From assembly GCF_009914755.1 (NCBI RefSeq), contig NC_060927.1: a stretch of 64,000 bases of DNA. One strand, written 5' to 3'. The position numbers and the translations under genes were made by a program. Origin of the DNA: the human T2T-CHM13v2.0 reference genome, Homo sapiens. Below are positions 25,478-38,607 of this stretch, one piece after another; positions within the stretch are counted from its first letter, which is position 1; every line of letters starts with the position of its first letter. Below the pieces are notes generated by a model, which saw only the letters and a program-made list of their open reading frames with translations, had not been told where the DNA came from and did no database searches.

Positions 25478-26420
25478 GAAACATTGCTCCGGAGAGTAGA
25501 CTTAGTGAAAGCATCCCAGCAAGGTGGGAGAGGACTGTAGTGTGAGTTGCGATGCCTGAGACAGAGGCCAATTTCTGTCCTAACCCAATGTGCAACCTTG
25601 AACTTTTGGTCTTCCTTGGGCTTTGGATTTCTAATTCACAATGTTGAGCTGGATTTGGTGTTGTGTGTGTGTGCTTGTGTGTGTGTGTGTGTTTAAAGCA
25701 CATTTCTACTCCGTTTATGACATCTCTATTTCAGTGTGTGGAACTATACCTATTACGTTATTATTAAGACTGGATCATAGTTTTAGAGGCTCTCAAAGCA
25801 GTTTTAAAAAGGGGGTGCACTCTGGTATGAAACAAGATGTTATTCCCAAAATGAATGTTTCTCCTTTAATACTCATTTCATCCTGAAAACAACAAAAAAG
25901 TCAAACATTATCATCTTTACTTTACTTACCAAATTAGCAATATTAAGAGGAGGTAATTGAGTCCAAGAGGAGAGAAATACCTTGCCCAGGGTCACACAGA
26001 AGGTAGGTGAGGCTGGGATCATGAACACCGATTACCCTGTACTCATGCTCTTTTTTTTCTTTTTAACGTTTGTTTATTTAAATTGACAAATAAAAATTGT
26101 AAATATTGATTGTGTACAACATGATGTTTTGAACTATATATACGTTGTAGAAAGGATAAATCAAGCTAATTAATATATGCATTACTTCACATACTTTTTT
26201 TTGCACTGAGAACATTAAAAAAACTAATCTCTGCAATTTTCAAGAATACAATATACTGTTATTTACTATAGTTGTACAATAAACCTCTTGAATACATTCC
26301 TATCTAACTGAAATGTTGTATCCTTTCACCAATATCTCCCTACCACATTACCTCCCCCAACACCCTAACAGCCACCATTCTACTCTTTACTTCTGAGTTC
26401 AACTTTTTTAGATTACACGT

Positions 26421-27131
<711 letters not shown>

Positions 27132-28063
27132 TGCATGTAAGTGACATCATGTGAGATTTGTCTTTCTGTGCCTAGCTTATTTCACTTAACATAGTGTCTT
27201 CCATGTTTATCCATGCTGTCACAAATGAACAGGATTTCCTTCTTTTTGAAGGCTGAGTAGCATTCCACTGTGTATATATACCACACCACACTTTCTTTAT
27301 CCATTCATCCATTGACGGACCCTTAGATTCATTCCATATCTTAGCCATGCTCATATTCTTTTATATTAGGTTTTTGACCATTCTATTTGAGAGTAAGTAC
27401 CCTAAAAAGAAACTTAATTGTTTTTTGAAGGTACAAAGTGACCTTTGCTTGGTCAACACAGCCTGGCTTTCTAGAACATGGTATTGTCAAATAAAGGTAC
27501 ACTGAGATGTTTTTTCTCCTGAAGAACAAAATCCTCACACTTTCTCGGCTGCCATTAGGATGATCACTTCTAGAACCTACTTCAGTCACTATGTAAGAAA
27601 GGACATCTCTCCCCTTTTTCCAGCCTCTCAGCCCAACCTGCTTCCCACCCTCTTCTTCATTCTTATCCAGACCAAAGTCTGTTTATTAGGGGGCAGTGAA
27701 AGTGTCATCAACTGGCCATATTATACATTATTCTCCTGCTTTCTGCCCTATTTCATACAGTGAAAAAACAGCTTGAGACCAGCCTCCTTTAAATCATTCT
27801 GGCTTTGTCTTTCTTTCTCCATGCACTTGGACAAAGGGTGATAGGAGACCAAGATTAGGATTTAAGCTCTGGCAGGAGCTAGGGATGCCCCACTTAAATC
27901 AAAGGAAGCCCTGTCATTTAACCCAGAATTACTGAAGAGTCCAATGCTATGAAATCAGGTAATAGCCTAGCTGGTAACACAGGATATCTGGTTTCCTTTT
28001 TGGTTATTTTCCCCATGGTAATCTTGCAGGAGCATGGGTGAGGTATTAGGAAGAATTCTGGAG

Positions 28064-28345
<282 letters not shown>

Positions 28346-28369
28346 TAAGTACTTGATACATATACCATC

Positions 28370-28768
28370 TGTTATCAATTGAATTGTCTCTTCCCCAAGT
28401 TCATATGTTGAAGTCCTCGCCCACCACTACCTCAGACTATGACTGAATGTGAAGACAGAATCTTTAAAAAGGTGAATACGTTAAAGTGAGATAGTTTGTG
28501 TGGGCTCTAATCCAATATGACAGGTGTCCTTATAAAAGGAGATCAGGGCACAGACACAGAGGGAAGACCATGTGAAGACACAGGGAGAAGACACATCTGC
28601 AAGCCACAGAGAGAAGCCTCAGAAGCCTCAGAAAAAACCAAACTTGCCAACTCATTGATCTTAGTCTTCTAGACTACAGAATTGTAAGAAAATAGACTTC
28701 ATAGATTTCTGTTGTTTAAGCCACCTAGTCTGTGGTGTCTTGTTATGTCAACCTAGCAAATTAATATA
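28370..28768 (+). mobile_element. MLT1A-type solo LTR
   Basis: tgttatcaattgaattgt...catatgttgaagtcct...gaagaccatgtgaagacacagggagaag...ctagcaaattaatata. Confidence 0.85.
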
Positions 28769-28828
28769 CTCATCCATACCTTCTTTACCTTTGTTCACCT
28801 AAGTTTATTTTATATTAATTATAGTTCT

Positions 28829-29014
28829 TTTCTTTTCTTTCCTTCTTTCTCTCTCTTTCTCTCCCTCCCTCCTTTTCTCTCTTTCTTTTCTTTTCTCTCC
28901 TTTTCTTTTTCCTTCCTTCTTTCCTTCCTTCCTTCCTCCCTCCCTCCCTTCCTTCCTTTTCTCCCTCCCTCCTCTCCTCCTCTTTCTCTTTCTTTCTTTT
29001 TCTTTCTTTCTTTC

Positions 29015-29053
<39 letters not shown>

Positions 29054-29243
29054 CTTTCTTTTTTTCTGCCTCCCTTCCTCCCTTCCTTCCTTCCTTCCTT
29101 CCTTCTTTCCTTCTCTCTCTCTCTCTCCCCCGCCCTCCGTCTCTCTCTCTCTTTCCTTTCTTTTTAGTAATGGGGTCTCATTATGTTGTCTAGGCTGGAC
29201 TCCAACTCCTAGGACTTCAGGCACATCCCACTGCACCCAGCCC
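28829..29243 (-). mobile_element. Internally deleted Alu monomer (FLAM-like) with ~335-bp expanded purine-rich tail
   Basis: Body 29166-29243; CT-rich simple repeats 28829-29165; exact TSD aattatagttct at 28817-28828 and 29244-29255. Confidence 0.8.
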
Positions 29244-30955
29244 AATTATAGTTCTATCCATTCATGTTGTCTCCCCTTTCCCAGAGGTTTTTCCGATGCT
29301 ACAGCCACATGGACCAAGCATACTCAACCATAGGATATGAGAAAGTAGGCCGTATGAAGCAAATGGACCATACAGCATGGTCCCAACATCTGGGGAGCAT
29401 GACTCTGATCATGGGAGAATCAGGGTTCTCACTTCCCTAACTCCTTACTGATGTTTCATGACCATTACTTTTCCACTCTTTCTCCAAATTCTTCTGCTCT
29501 TCTTCCACTCTGGCTATTCCATATTTACTCATCTCTGCTACTGTCACCTTTCAACCTCTTTGTCCAATCCTTCATTCCTTTTGCTTGGGGATGTGTCACC
29601 ATTGCTTACCTCTCCTTCACAATTGCTCCTGGTGCCCTGGGCACACTGGGCTCTCAGTTCCTTGACCTCTTCACCTTCAAAGATGACTTCCTCCACTTCA
29701 CCTTAGCCATCTATTATACCCATAGCCATGTCTACCTCTGAAATCTGAAATTCTTACACCCCACTCTCTAATTACAGTCTTCTATCTTTCTAGGTCTTGC
29801 ACTCCTTCAGTGAACCTCTGTCTAGATTTCCACCTCATCTAGTTTTTTTGCCACTACTTCATTTTATACCAGTCTATCAGAATCTCTTGGCCTTACATCT
29901 TCCTTGAATTCCACAACCAGTCACCAGCACTCCTTAGATGACTCTTTTTCTGCCTGTTTCTTGACTCTCTTCTTACTTCAAAGAAGCGGTACTTCATCTT
30001 CTGGTAAATTATTGAGGATCTAAAGATAGTTAGATTCCCTCTGTCTGGGACACTCCCAAATAAAGTCTCATAGTTCACTCCTTCACCTCCTTCAGTTCTT
30101 TCTAAACATGTCAACTTTTCAGCAAAGTCCTTTGTGACTACTTTGTTTAAGGATGCAGCCTCTATTCCTATCCCCACTCACTATCTCCATAAGCTAGTTT
30201 ATTTTCCTTCATGGCACTGACAACTAGCTAAGAGGCTATTTATTTTGATTACTTATTGGTTTATTGCTTGCTTTTTACCCCACTAGAATAATAAAATCTC
30301 CAAGTGGAAAGCATTTTTATATTCCCTATTTACTGTTGTAGTCTTAGTACCAAGGATAGTGCCTTTGTTTTTGTTTTGTACATAGTAGGAAATTAATACT
30401 TATTTGTGGAATGTAGCTTCTTCCAAGAAAAACTTAAATACAACACATATTCTCAAAACTTGGCATATAATTTCAAGAGGCCGATGGCTCTCCTGAGGCC
30501 TGAAGCTCTGAAGCTCAGCTTCAACCATCATTCCTGAATATGTTGCATACACTCTACCACTATAGACTTAAAAATTGTTAGCTACTGATCACAGACAAAC
30601 TATTTCTTTAGTCTAAATGTCCCTGCTCAATTCCCCACCCACAAATCAAATGACTACTCACACTTCAATTTAAACATTCAAACACTAAAAGTTACTTATG
30701 TGGAGGGTACAATAGTAAGAGGCTTTATTCTTATTTATAATACACCAAACTTTTGATGCCTGGCCTTGTAAGCCATGGTCAGGGTTTTGGTTGTATTCTT
30801 AGTACAACAGGAAATCACTGATGCATTATAAGCAGGAGTGTGGAACAATGTAATTCACAGTTATAAAATGTCTCTGTCTGTATTATGAGGAGAATGGACT
30901 TGGAGGATGGGGAGACAGGGAAACCAGCTGGGAGGCTGTGGCAGTGGCCAGGATC

Positions 30956-31179
30956 CAGGCCACTTATACTAACAGGCACAGTGAGCGCAGAGCCTGGGGC
31001 CACAGCACCATTAGGGGCCCATGAAAATGTTTTAATTTTGATTTCTTTAAAAATCAGAATAAAAAAAAATAAATCCAGCTTGGATTATATCTGCTTTTAT
31101 ACCAACATAGCATTAAATATATACTTTTTAATGTTTTTTGATGGATGAGGAGGCCCATGGAGGTCATAAAGAGGCCCTG
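30956..31179 (+). mobile_element. ORSL-like hAT-Tip100 element inside an L2
   Basis: caggcc...aggcacagt...ggggcccatgaaaatgttttaattt...atccagcttggattatat...ggccctg. Confidence 0.7.
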
Positions 31180-31667
31180 GGTATGACTTGGATAGAGCAG
31201 AGTGGGGACAGTGGACGTGGAATCAAGTAAACAAAGGCAAAGACAAGAGATGTTTTGTAAGAAGAAAAGCCTGAATCTGGCCATAAAATGAGAGTGAGTG
31301 ATAAGGGAGAGGTAGAAAGCAAAGATAAGTATCAGAATTTCTGCATAAGAATTGGCTCCATTTACCGAGATGGGGAAGACAAGGGGAGTGGGCGTCAAGC
31401 AGGGGTCAGAATGTAAACAGCCTCCCCTGCCAGACCAGTGTTGAAAATTTATGGCATGGGTTAGTGTGTCTCAACCCTGGTTGGACATCAGAGTCACGTG
31501 GGGAACTTTAAGAACTCAAACTTCTGCCACATCCCCCAGACCAACCAATCCAGAATCTTGACAGTGGGCCAGGGCCGAGGACTGCAACATTTTTAGGCAA
31601 TGGGGCTACACAAAGTCTTTTTAAAACAGAAAATGATATGGCCAGAAGTGATTTGGCTTGGCTGTTT

Positions 31668-31943
31668 GGCCGAGAGCGGTGGCTCACGCCTGTAATCCCA
31701 GCACTTTGTGGGGGACGAGGCAGGCAGATCACGAGGTCAGGACATCGAGACTATCCTGGCTAACACGGTGAAACCCCGTCTCTACTAAAAATACAAAAAA
31801 TTAGCCGGGCATGGGCATTTGTAGTCCCAGCTACTCGCTAGGCTGAGGCAGGAGAATTGCCTGAACCTGGGAGGCGGAGATTGCAGTGAGCGAGATCACA
31901 CCATTGCACTCCAGCTTGGGCGACAGAGCGAGACTCTGTCTCA

Positions 31944-31978
<35 letters not shown>
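31668..31978 (+). mobile_element. AluY-like element with (AAT)n tail
   Basis: gatcacgaggtcagga.atcgagac.atcctggctaacacggtgaaacccc diagnostic positions. Confidence 0.9.
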
Positions 31979-31979
<1 letters not shown>

Positions 31980-32903
31980 TCACCGTTTGATAGTAGTATG
32001 GGGGATGGGAAGGAGTGGGTGAGAGACCGGAGGGTAAGCCAGGGAGCTAACAATACCCAAGTACCCGGGTCTCCTGATTCTCATGCCCCTCCCTAGGCTC
32101 AGGAAAAATGTCAGATAAGGCCACTCAGAAAAGAGCTGGAAAGACCTTCTGGGTCCTCAGCCGGAGCCCGTCTTGCCTGAGGGTCATGGGTATGGAGCAC
32201 AGGGGCCGGGTGGTCCATTGGCTTCTCTGGCCAAACCACAGGGCAAATTTAAACACTGCAGCTACCACAACACAGCAAATCTGAATGACAATAGCTTTTT
32301 TAAAAGCAGGATTTTAAAAATAAAAATACTTATTCACAAAAAACCATCTCAGGGAAGCTGGCTAATCATAAGGCATTTTTTTTTATGTGTAAACATTTAA
32401 TTTAATTTATTTTTTAAATTAATTACTTTGTAATTGATGAAAATTGTATATGTCTATGGTGTACAACATGATATTTTGAAATATGTATACATTGTAGAAT
32501 GGCTAAATCAAGCTAATTAGCCCATGTATACTATTACCTCACATACTTTTTCTGTGGTAAAAACCCTTAAAATTTACTCTCAGCAATTTTCAAAAATCCA
32601 AAACATTGTTATTAACTATTGTCACCATGTTGTACAATACAGCTCTTGAACTTACTCCTCTTATCTAACTAAAATTTTGCATCCTTTAACCAGTACCTGT
32701 GCATCCCCACTCCCACCTACCAGCCCCTTACTTTTTAAGTAAGTTGAACTCATAGAATTTGAGAGTAGAATGTTAGTGCGATTACATGGTATTTGTCTTT
32801 CTGTGCCCAGCTTATTTCACTTAACACAGTGCCCTTTGCGTTCATTTATGTTGTCACAAATGACAGAATTTTCTTCTTTGTAAAGGCTGAATAATATTCC
32901 ATT

Positions 32904-32944
<41 letters not shown>

Positions 32945-34282
32945 ATCATTCATCAACAGACACTTAGCTTGTTTCCATATCTTGCTATTGTGAATAATGC
33001 TGCAATGAACATGAGGGTGCAGATATTTGAGATACTAATTTTGTTTCCTTTGAATATGTACCCCAAAGTGGATTGCCTGGATTGTATGGTAGTTCTATCT
33101 CTAATTTTTTGAGGAATCTTCATACCGTTTTCAATAATGGCTGTATAAATTTACATTCCCAGCAACCGTGTACAAGAGTTCCCTTTTCTCCACATCCTCA
33201 TCAACACTTCTTATTTTTTAAGCCATTTTAACAGGTGTGAGGTAATATCTCACTGCAGTTTTGATTTGAATTTTCTTGAAGATTAATGATGTTGAGCACT
33301 TTTTAAAATACATATTGGCCATTTGTATGTGCTCTTTGGAAAATATTTATTCAGGTTCTTTGCCCATTTTTCAATCACGTTATTTTGTTGTTGTTGTTTC
33401 TATTGAGATTTATGAGTTTCTTGTATATGTATCTTGCAATATCAACTCCTTATCAGATACATGATTTACAAATATCTTCTTCTCTGTCGGTTGCCTTTTA
33501 ATTTTGTTGATTGTTTCCTTTTTTGTGCAGAAGCTTTTCAGTTTGATGTAGTCCCACCTTTTTATTTTTGTTTTTGTTGTCTGTGCTTTTGGTATCGATC
33601 ATATCCGTAACATTATTGCCAAGGCCAATGCCAAGGAGCTTTCCCTCTGTGTTTTCTTTTGGGAGATTTACAGTTTCAGATCTTACATTTGTCTTTAATC
33701 CACTTCAAGTTTCATATATGGTATAAGATAAGTGTCCAATTTCATTCTTTTGCATGAGGATGTGCAGTTTTCTCAACACCATTTATTGAAGAGCCTAAGC
33801 TTTCCCTATTGTGAACTCTTACCATCCTTGCCAAAGATTGGCTGTAGATGCATGGGTTTATTTCTGGTTTTTCTATTCAGTTTCATTGGTCTATGTGTCT
33901 GTGTTTATGCCAGTCCCATGCTGTTTTGATCACTATAGCTTTAATTATTTACTTTTAATATAGTTTGAAGTCAGGAAGTGTGATGCCTCTAGCTTTATTC
34001 TTTTTTCTCCAGATTGCTTTGGATATTTGTGGTCTTTTATGGAGCCCTATGAATTTTAGAATTGTTTGTTTTATTTCTGTGAATAATGCCATTGGAATTT
34101 TGATAGGAATTGGATTGAATCTGTAGATCAATTTGGTTAGCATGGGCATTTTAACAATATTAATTCTTCCAATCCATGAACATGAGACATCTATTTGTTT
34201 ATGTCTTCAATTTCTTTCTCAATGTCTTGTAGTTTTTAGTGTATAGAACTTTTCCTTCCTTGGTTACATTTATTCTTAAGTA

Positions 34283-34617
34283 AAGTCATGTGCTGTATAA
34301 CAATGTTTCAATTAATGTTGGACCACATATACAATTTCCTATCGCTAGTGATGTCTTAGCTGCCTTAGCGTTGCAGTGCAGCACATTAACTTTTCTATTA
34401 GATACACATTGTGTTACAACTGCCTATAGTATTCAGTACAGTAACATGCTGTTTGGTTTTGTATCCTAGGGGCAATAGGCTATACCATATAGCCTAGGTG
34501 TGTAGCAGGTTGTACTATTAAGGTTTGTCTAAGTACACTCCATGATGTTTGCACGATGACAAAATCACTTAAGACATTTCTCAGAACATATCCGTGTCAT
34601 TAAGCACCATATGACTG
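34283..34617. mobile_element. Tigger3a/MER7-type Tc1-mariner MITE
   Basis: TA|(c)agtcatgtgctg ... catatgactg|TA inverted ends and TA TSD; internal caataggctataccatatagcctagg. Confidence 0.85.
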
Positions 34618-34659
34618 TATTTTAATATTTTTATGGGATTGTAAATGGAATCTTCTGTT

Positions 34660-34972
34660 TCTTTCTTTCTTTCTTTTTTTTTTTTTTTTTTTTTGAGATG
34701 GAGTTTCACTCTGCCACCCAGGCTGGAGTGCAGTGGCACGATCTCGGCTCACTGTAGCCTCTGCCTCCTGGCTTCAAGTGATTCTCCCGCCTCAGCCTCC
34801 CAAAGTAGCTGGGACTACAGACACCCACCACCATGTCTGGCTAATTTTTTTTGTGTTTTAAGTAGAGGCAAGTTTCACCATGTTGGCCAGGCTGGTCTCA
34901 AACTCCCGAGCTTAGGTGATCTGCCTGCCTCGGCCTCCCAGACTGCTGGGAGCATGAGCCACTGTGCCTGGC
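34660..34972 (-). mobile_element. AluS inside L1
   Basis: Reverse Alu with polyT. Confidence 0.93.
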
Positions 34973-37542
34973 CTCTCAGTTTTGTTTTTTTTTGTTGTTG
35001 TTGGCGGGGGCAGGGGTTGGCTAGTTTGTTGTCAATGTATAGGAATGCTACTGATCTTTGTATGTTGACTTTGTATTCTGAAACTTTACTGAATTTGTTT
35101 ATCAGTTTTAACTGTTTTGATGGCGTTTTTAGAGCTTTCTGTATATAAAGTCATATCTCTGTAAACAGAGACAATTTAACTTCTTTCTTTCTGAATGGGA
35201 TGTCCTTATTTTTATTTTTCTAATTGCGCTGGCTAGGATTTCTAGTATTGTGCTGAATAGAAGTGGCCAGAGTGGGCACTCTTGTCTTACTCCTTATCTT
35301 AGAGAAAAAGCTTTCAGCTTTTCACAATTGAGTATAATGTTAGCTGTGGGCTTGTTATATATGGTCTTCATTGTGTTGAATTACATTTCTTTTATAGTTA
35401 ATTTCTTGAGAGTCTTTTTTAATCATGAAAGGATGCTGAATTTTGTCAAATGCTTTTGCTGCATCCGTTGAGATGATCATATAGTTTTTCTTCTAAATTT
35501 TGTTAATGTAGTATATCATATTTACTGATTTGCATATGTTAAACCATCATTGCATCCCAGGGGTAAATCCCACTTCATCACGATTAATGATTTTTTAAAT
35601 ATGCTGTTGAATTCAGTTTGCTATATTTATTTTATTACATTTTCCCATTTATGTTTATCTGGGATATTTTCCTATAGTTTTCCTTTCTTGTATTATCCTT
35701 GTCTGGCTTTTGTATGAGGGTGATGCTGACTTCATAAAATGAATTAGGAAGTTTTCTCTCCTCTTCATCTTTTTTTTTTTTTTGGAAGAGTTTGAGTAGG
35801 ATTGGTTTTAGTTCCTCTTTAAATGTTTGTTGGAATTCACCTATGAAACCATCTGGTCTTGAGCTTTTCTTTATTGGGAAGTTTTTCATTACTCACTCAG
35901 TCTCCTTACTCATTATTGGACTGTTTAGATTTTCTATTCCTTCATGGTAGGTTGTATGTTTTTAGGGATTTATCCACTTATTCCAGATTATCCAATTTGT
36001 TGACATAAAATACATTCTTTGAATTTCTGTGGTATCACTTTTAATGTCTTCTTTTTCATTTATAATTTTATTTATTTGAGTTTTCTCTTTATTTTTTCTT
36101 AGATAGCCCAGATAATTGTTAATTTTATCCTTTTTTAAAAAGATCTCTTAGTTTTGTTGATTTTTTATATTGTCTTTCTAGTCTCTGTTTTATGTATTCA
36201 GAAGTAATCTTTAGTTCCTTCTGTTAACATTGGGCTCAGTTTGTTCTTTTTTTCTACTTCCTTGAGGTATACAGTTAGGTTGTTTATTTGAGACCTTTGT
36301 TTTTTCTTAATATTGGTACTTATTACTATAAACTTCCCTCTTAGGACCACTTTTGTTGAAGTCCACACATTTAGTTATGTGTGTTTCCATTTTCACTACT
36401 CTCAAGATACTTTTGGATATCTTCTTTGATCCCTTGGTTGTTCAGGAGTGTATTGTTTAATTTCCAAGTTAGAATTGGGAACAGAAATTATTTATAAAAG
36501 AGGCATTTGCTACTGAGCATGTTTTGGTCTTCAGTTAAATTCTTTTTAACTTCTGGCTCCATAGTGTAATGGTTCTGGAATTAGCAACAATAAAACATTA
36601 GTTACATTAGTGAGTAATGGTTTTATTTAAAACAGAATTAAAATGTCAACCCAGTGGTGCTGAGAACTAAATGTCCACTCTCTAAGTGGCTGGCCTTGTG
36701 AATGTCAGAGGCCATGGCCACTACTAATAGCGATTAGGTTGGTGTTTGAGACTCATGAAGCAACCTGCATTTCAACTTGCTATTTTATCTGAACCTCAAA
36801 ATCTTTTGGGGAATACTTAGCATAACTTCTTTTACTGGTAAAAAATCCTAAAGCTCAGAAAAGTTAATCTGCTGGAAGTCGTAAAGCTTGTAGGCAGTGA
36901 CAGAGCCCAGGAGGTTATAAAGCAACCTAGTGGATAGAGCAAGAGTCTGATTCCAGGCCTCAGGCAGTTTGGGTGTCCATGTAACTCAGGTACTGGTATG
37001 ACATACAGTCACCATGTATGAATGGGGAATAATGCCTACTTCATGAAGACATAATATGTAAGCTGCTTAGTGTAGAGTCAGCCATTGACTTGAATGCTTC
37101 CTGAATGTTAGCCATTTTTTTTTCATCGTCCATGTAACTTTCCACTAGATCACCTGTGTGTTGACAAACACAATCACAGGCAACCTTCAACTTATCTAGT
37201 TTCCCAGATTACCCAGGAACATTCCCCCCACACCGGAATTGACTAAATTTGCTCAATTCTCCCCTCTCAGCTTGTTTGTTCTAGACTTTGGGGAAATTCC
37301 CTCACTCCTTCTTTTCCTTCCCTCTGCTTTTGCAGCCAGCACTTCAGCCTGAGCCCCATCCTCCCTTCTCTGAACTTGAGTCCCAGCCTCCTGGCTCTGG
37401 AGCTGCAGGGGTGGGGTTGGGGAGGGGGTGGGGTTTATAGAGGGCAGGGCTTTGTTGTAGGTAGGAAAGGAGAAATTAGAGAAGCTGGAGCAATTTCTCC
37501 CTCTACCCTTTATCTTGGAGGAATGAGACCTGTTCTGATCTC

Positions 37543-38607
37543 CCATGCCCAAGGCCATGCCATCTCTCTCCTGGGCCATGCCATCTCTCTCTCTCTCTTT
37601 CAGACCATGCCATCTCTCTCTCTCCTGGGCCATGCCATCTCTCTCTCTCTCCTCTGGCCATGCCATCTCTCTCTCTCCTGGGCCATGCCATCTCTCTCTC
37701 TCTCCCCCCCAGACCATGCCAGCTCTCTCTCTCTCTCTCTCTCTCCTGGGCCATGCCATCTCTCTATCTCTCTCTCCCCCAGACCATGCCATCTCTTTCT
37801 CTCTCTCTTCTCTGGCCATGCCATCTCTCTCTCTCTCTCCTGGGCCATGCCATCTCTGTCTCTCTCTCCCCCAAACCATGCCATCTCTCTCTCTCTCTCT
37901 CTCCCAGACCATGCCATCTCTCTCTCTCTCCCTCTCCTGGGCCATGCCATCTCTTTCTCTCTCTCCTCCAGACCATGCCATCTCTCTCTCTCTCTCTCCC
38001 CCAGACCATGCCATCTCTCTCTCTCTCTCCCCCAGACCATGCCATCTCTCTCTCTCTCTCCCCCAGACCATGCCATCTCTCTCTCTCTCTCTCCCAGACC
38101 ATGCCATCTCTCTCTCTCTTCCAGACCAAGCCATCTCTCTCTCCCAGGCCATGCCATCTCTCTCTTTCCCTCCCAGGCTTTGCCATCTCTCTCCCTCTTC
38201 CAGGCCATGCCACCTCTCTCTCCTGGGCCTTGCCATCTATTTCTCTCTACTGGGCTATGCCATCTCTCTCTCTCCCATGCCATGCCATCTCTCTCTCTCT
38301 CTTCCAGGTCGTGCCATCTCTCTCTCTCTCTCTTTCAGGACATGCCATCTCTCTTTCCCAGGCCATGCCATCTTTCTTCCAGACCATGCCATCTCTCTCT
38401 TGCAGGCCATCCCATCTCTCTCTCTCCCAGGCCATGCCATCTCTTGTCCAGGCCATTCCATCTCTCTCTCTCTCACAGGCCATGCCATCTCTCTCTCTCT
38501 CCCAGACCATGCCATCTCTGTCTCTCACAGGTCATGCCATCTCTCTCTCACCCAGGCTGTCATCTGTCTGTCTCCCAGGCTATGCCCTCTCTTTGTCTCC
38601 CAGGCTT
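37543..38607. repeat. Compound minisatellite, ~38 units of (CAG/TGG)RCCATGCCAT(CT)n
   Basis: Direct inspection. Unit length varies ~20-35 bp through the (CT)n spacer. Explains the long low-complexity ORFs in all frames. Confidence 0.97.

Larger units (their letters stand above)
32390..36470 (-). mobile_element. L1M (L1MA-like) 3' ~4 kb, with Tigger and Alu insertions
   Basis: ORF2 remnants [14 protein letters not shown]...[10 protein letters not shown] (33955-34149) and PDGFIGEFQQTFKEEL...LPNSFYEVSITLIQKPDKD (35635-35889); L1MA 3' UTR at the left end. Confidence 0.93.

Noticed and set aside
28805-29245. 146-aa K/R/E-rich ORF
   Set aside because: Translation of the purine-rich Alu tail.
36555-36574. 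ggctccatagtgtaatggtt resembles a tRNA-Gln 5' end
   Set aside because: Similarity stops after 20 nt; no anticodon arm, T arm or B box.
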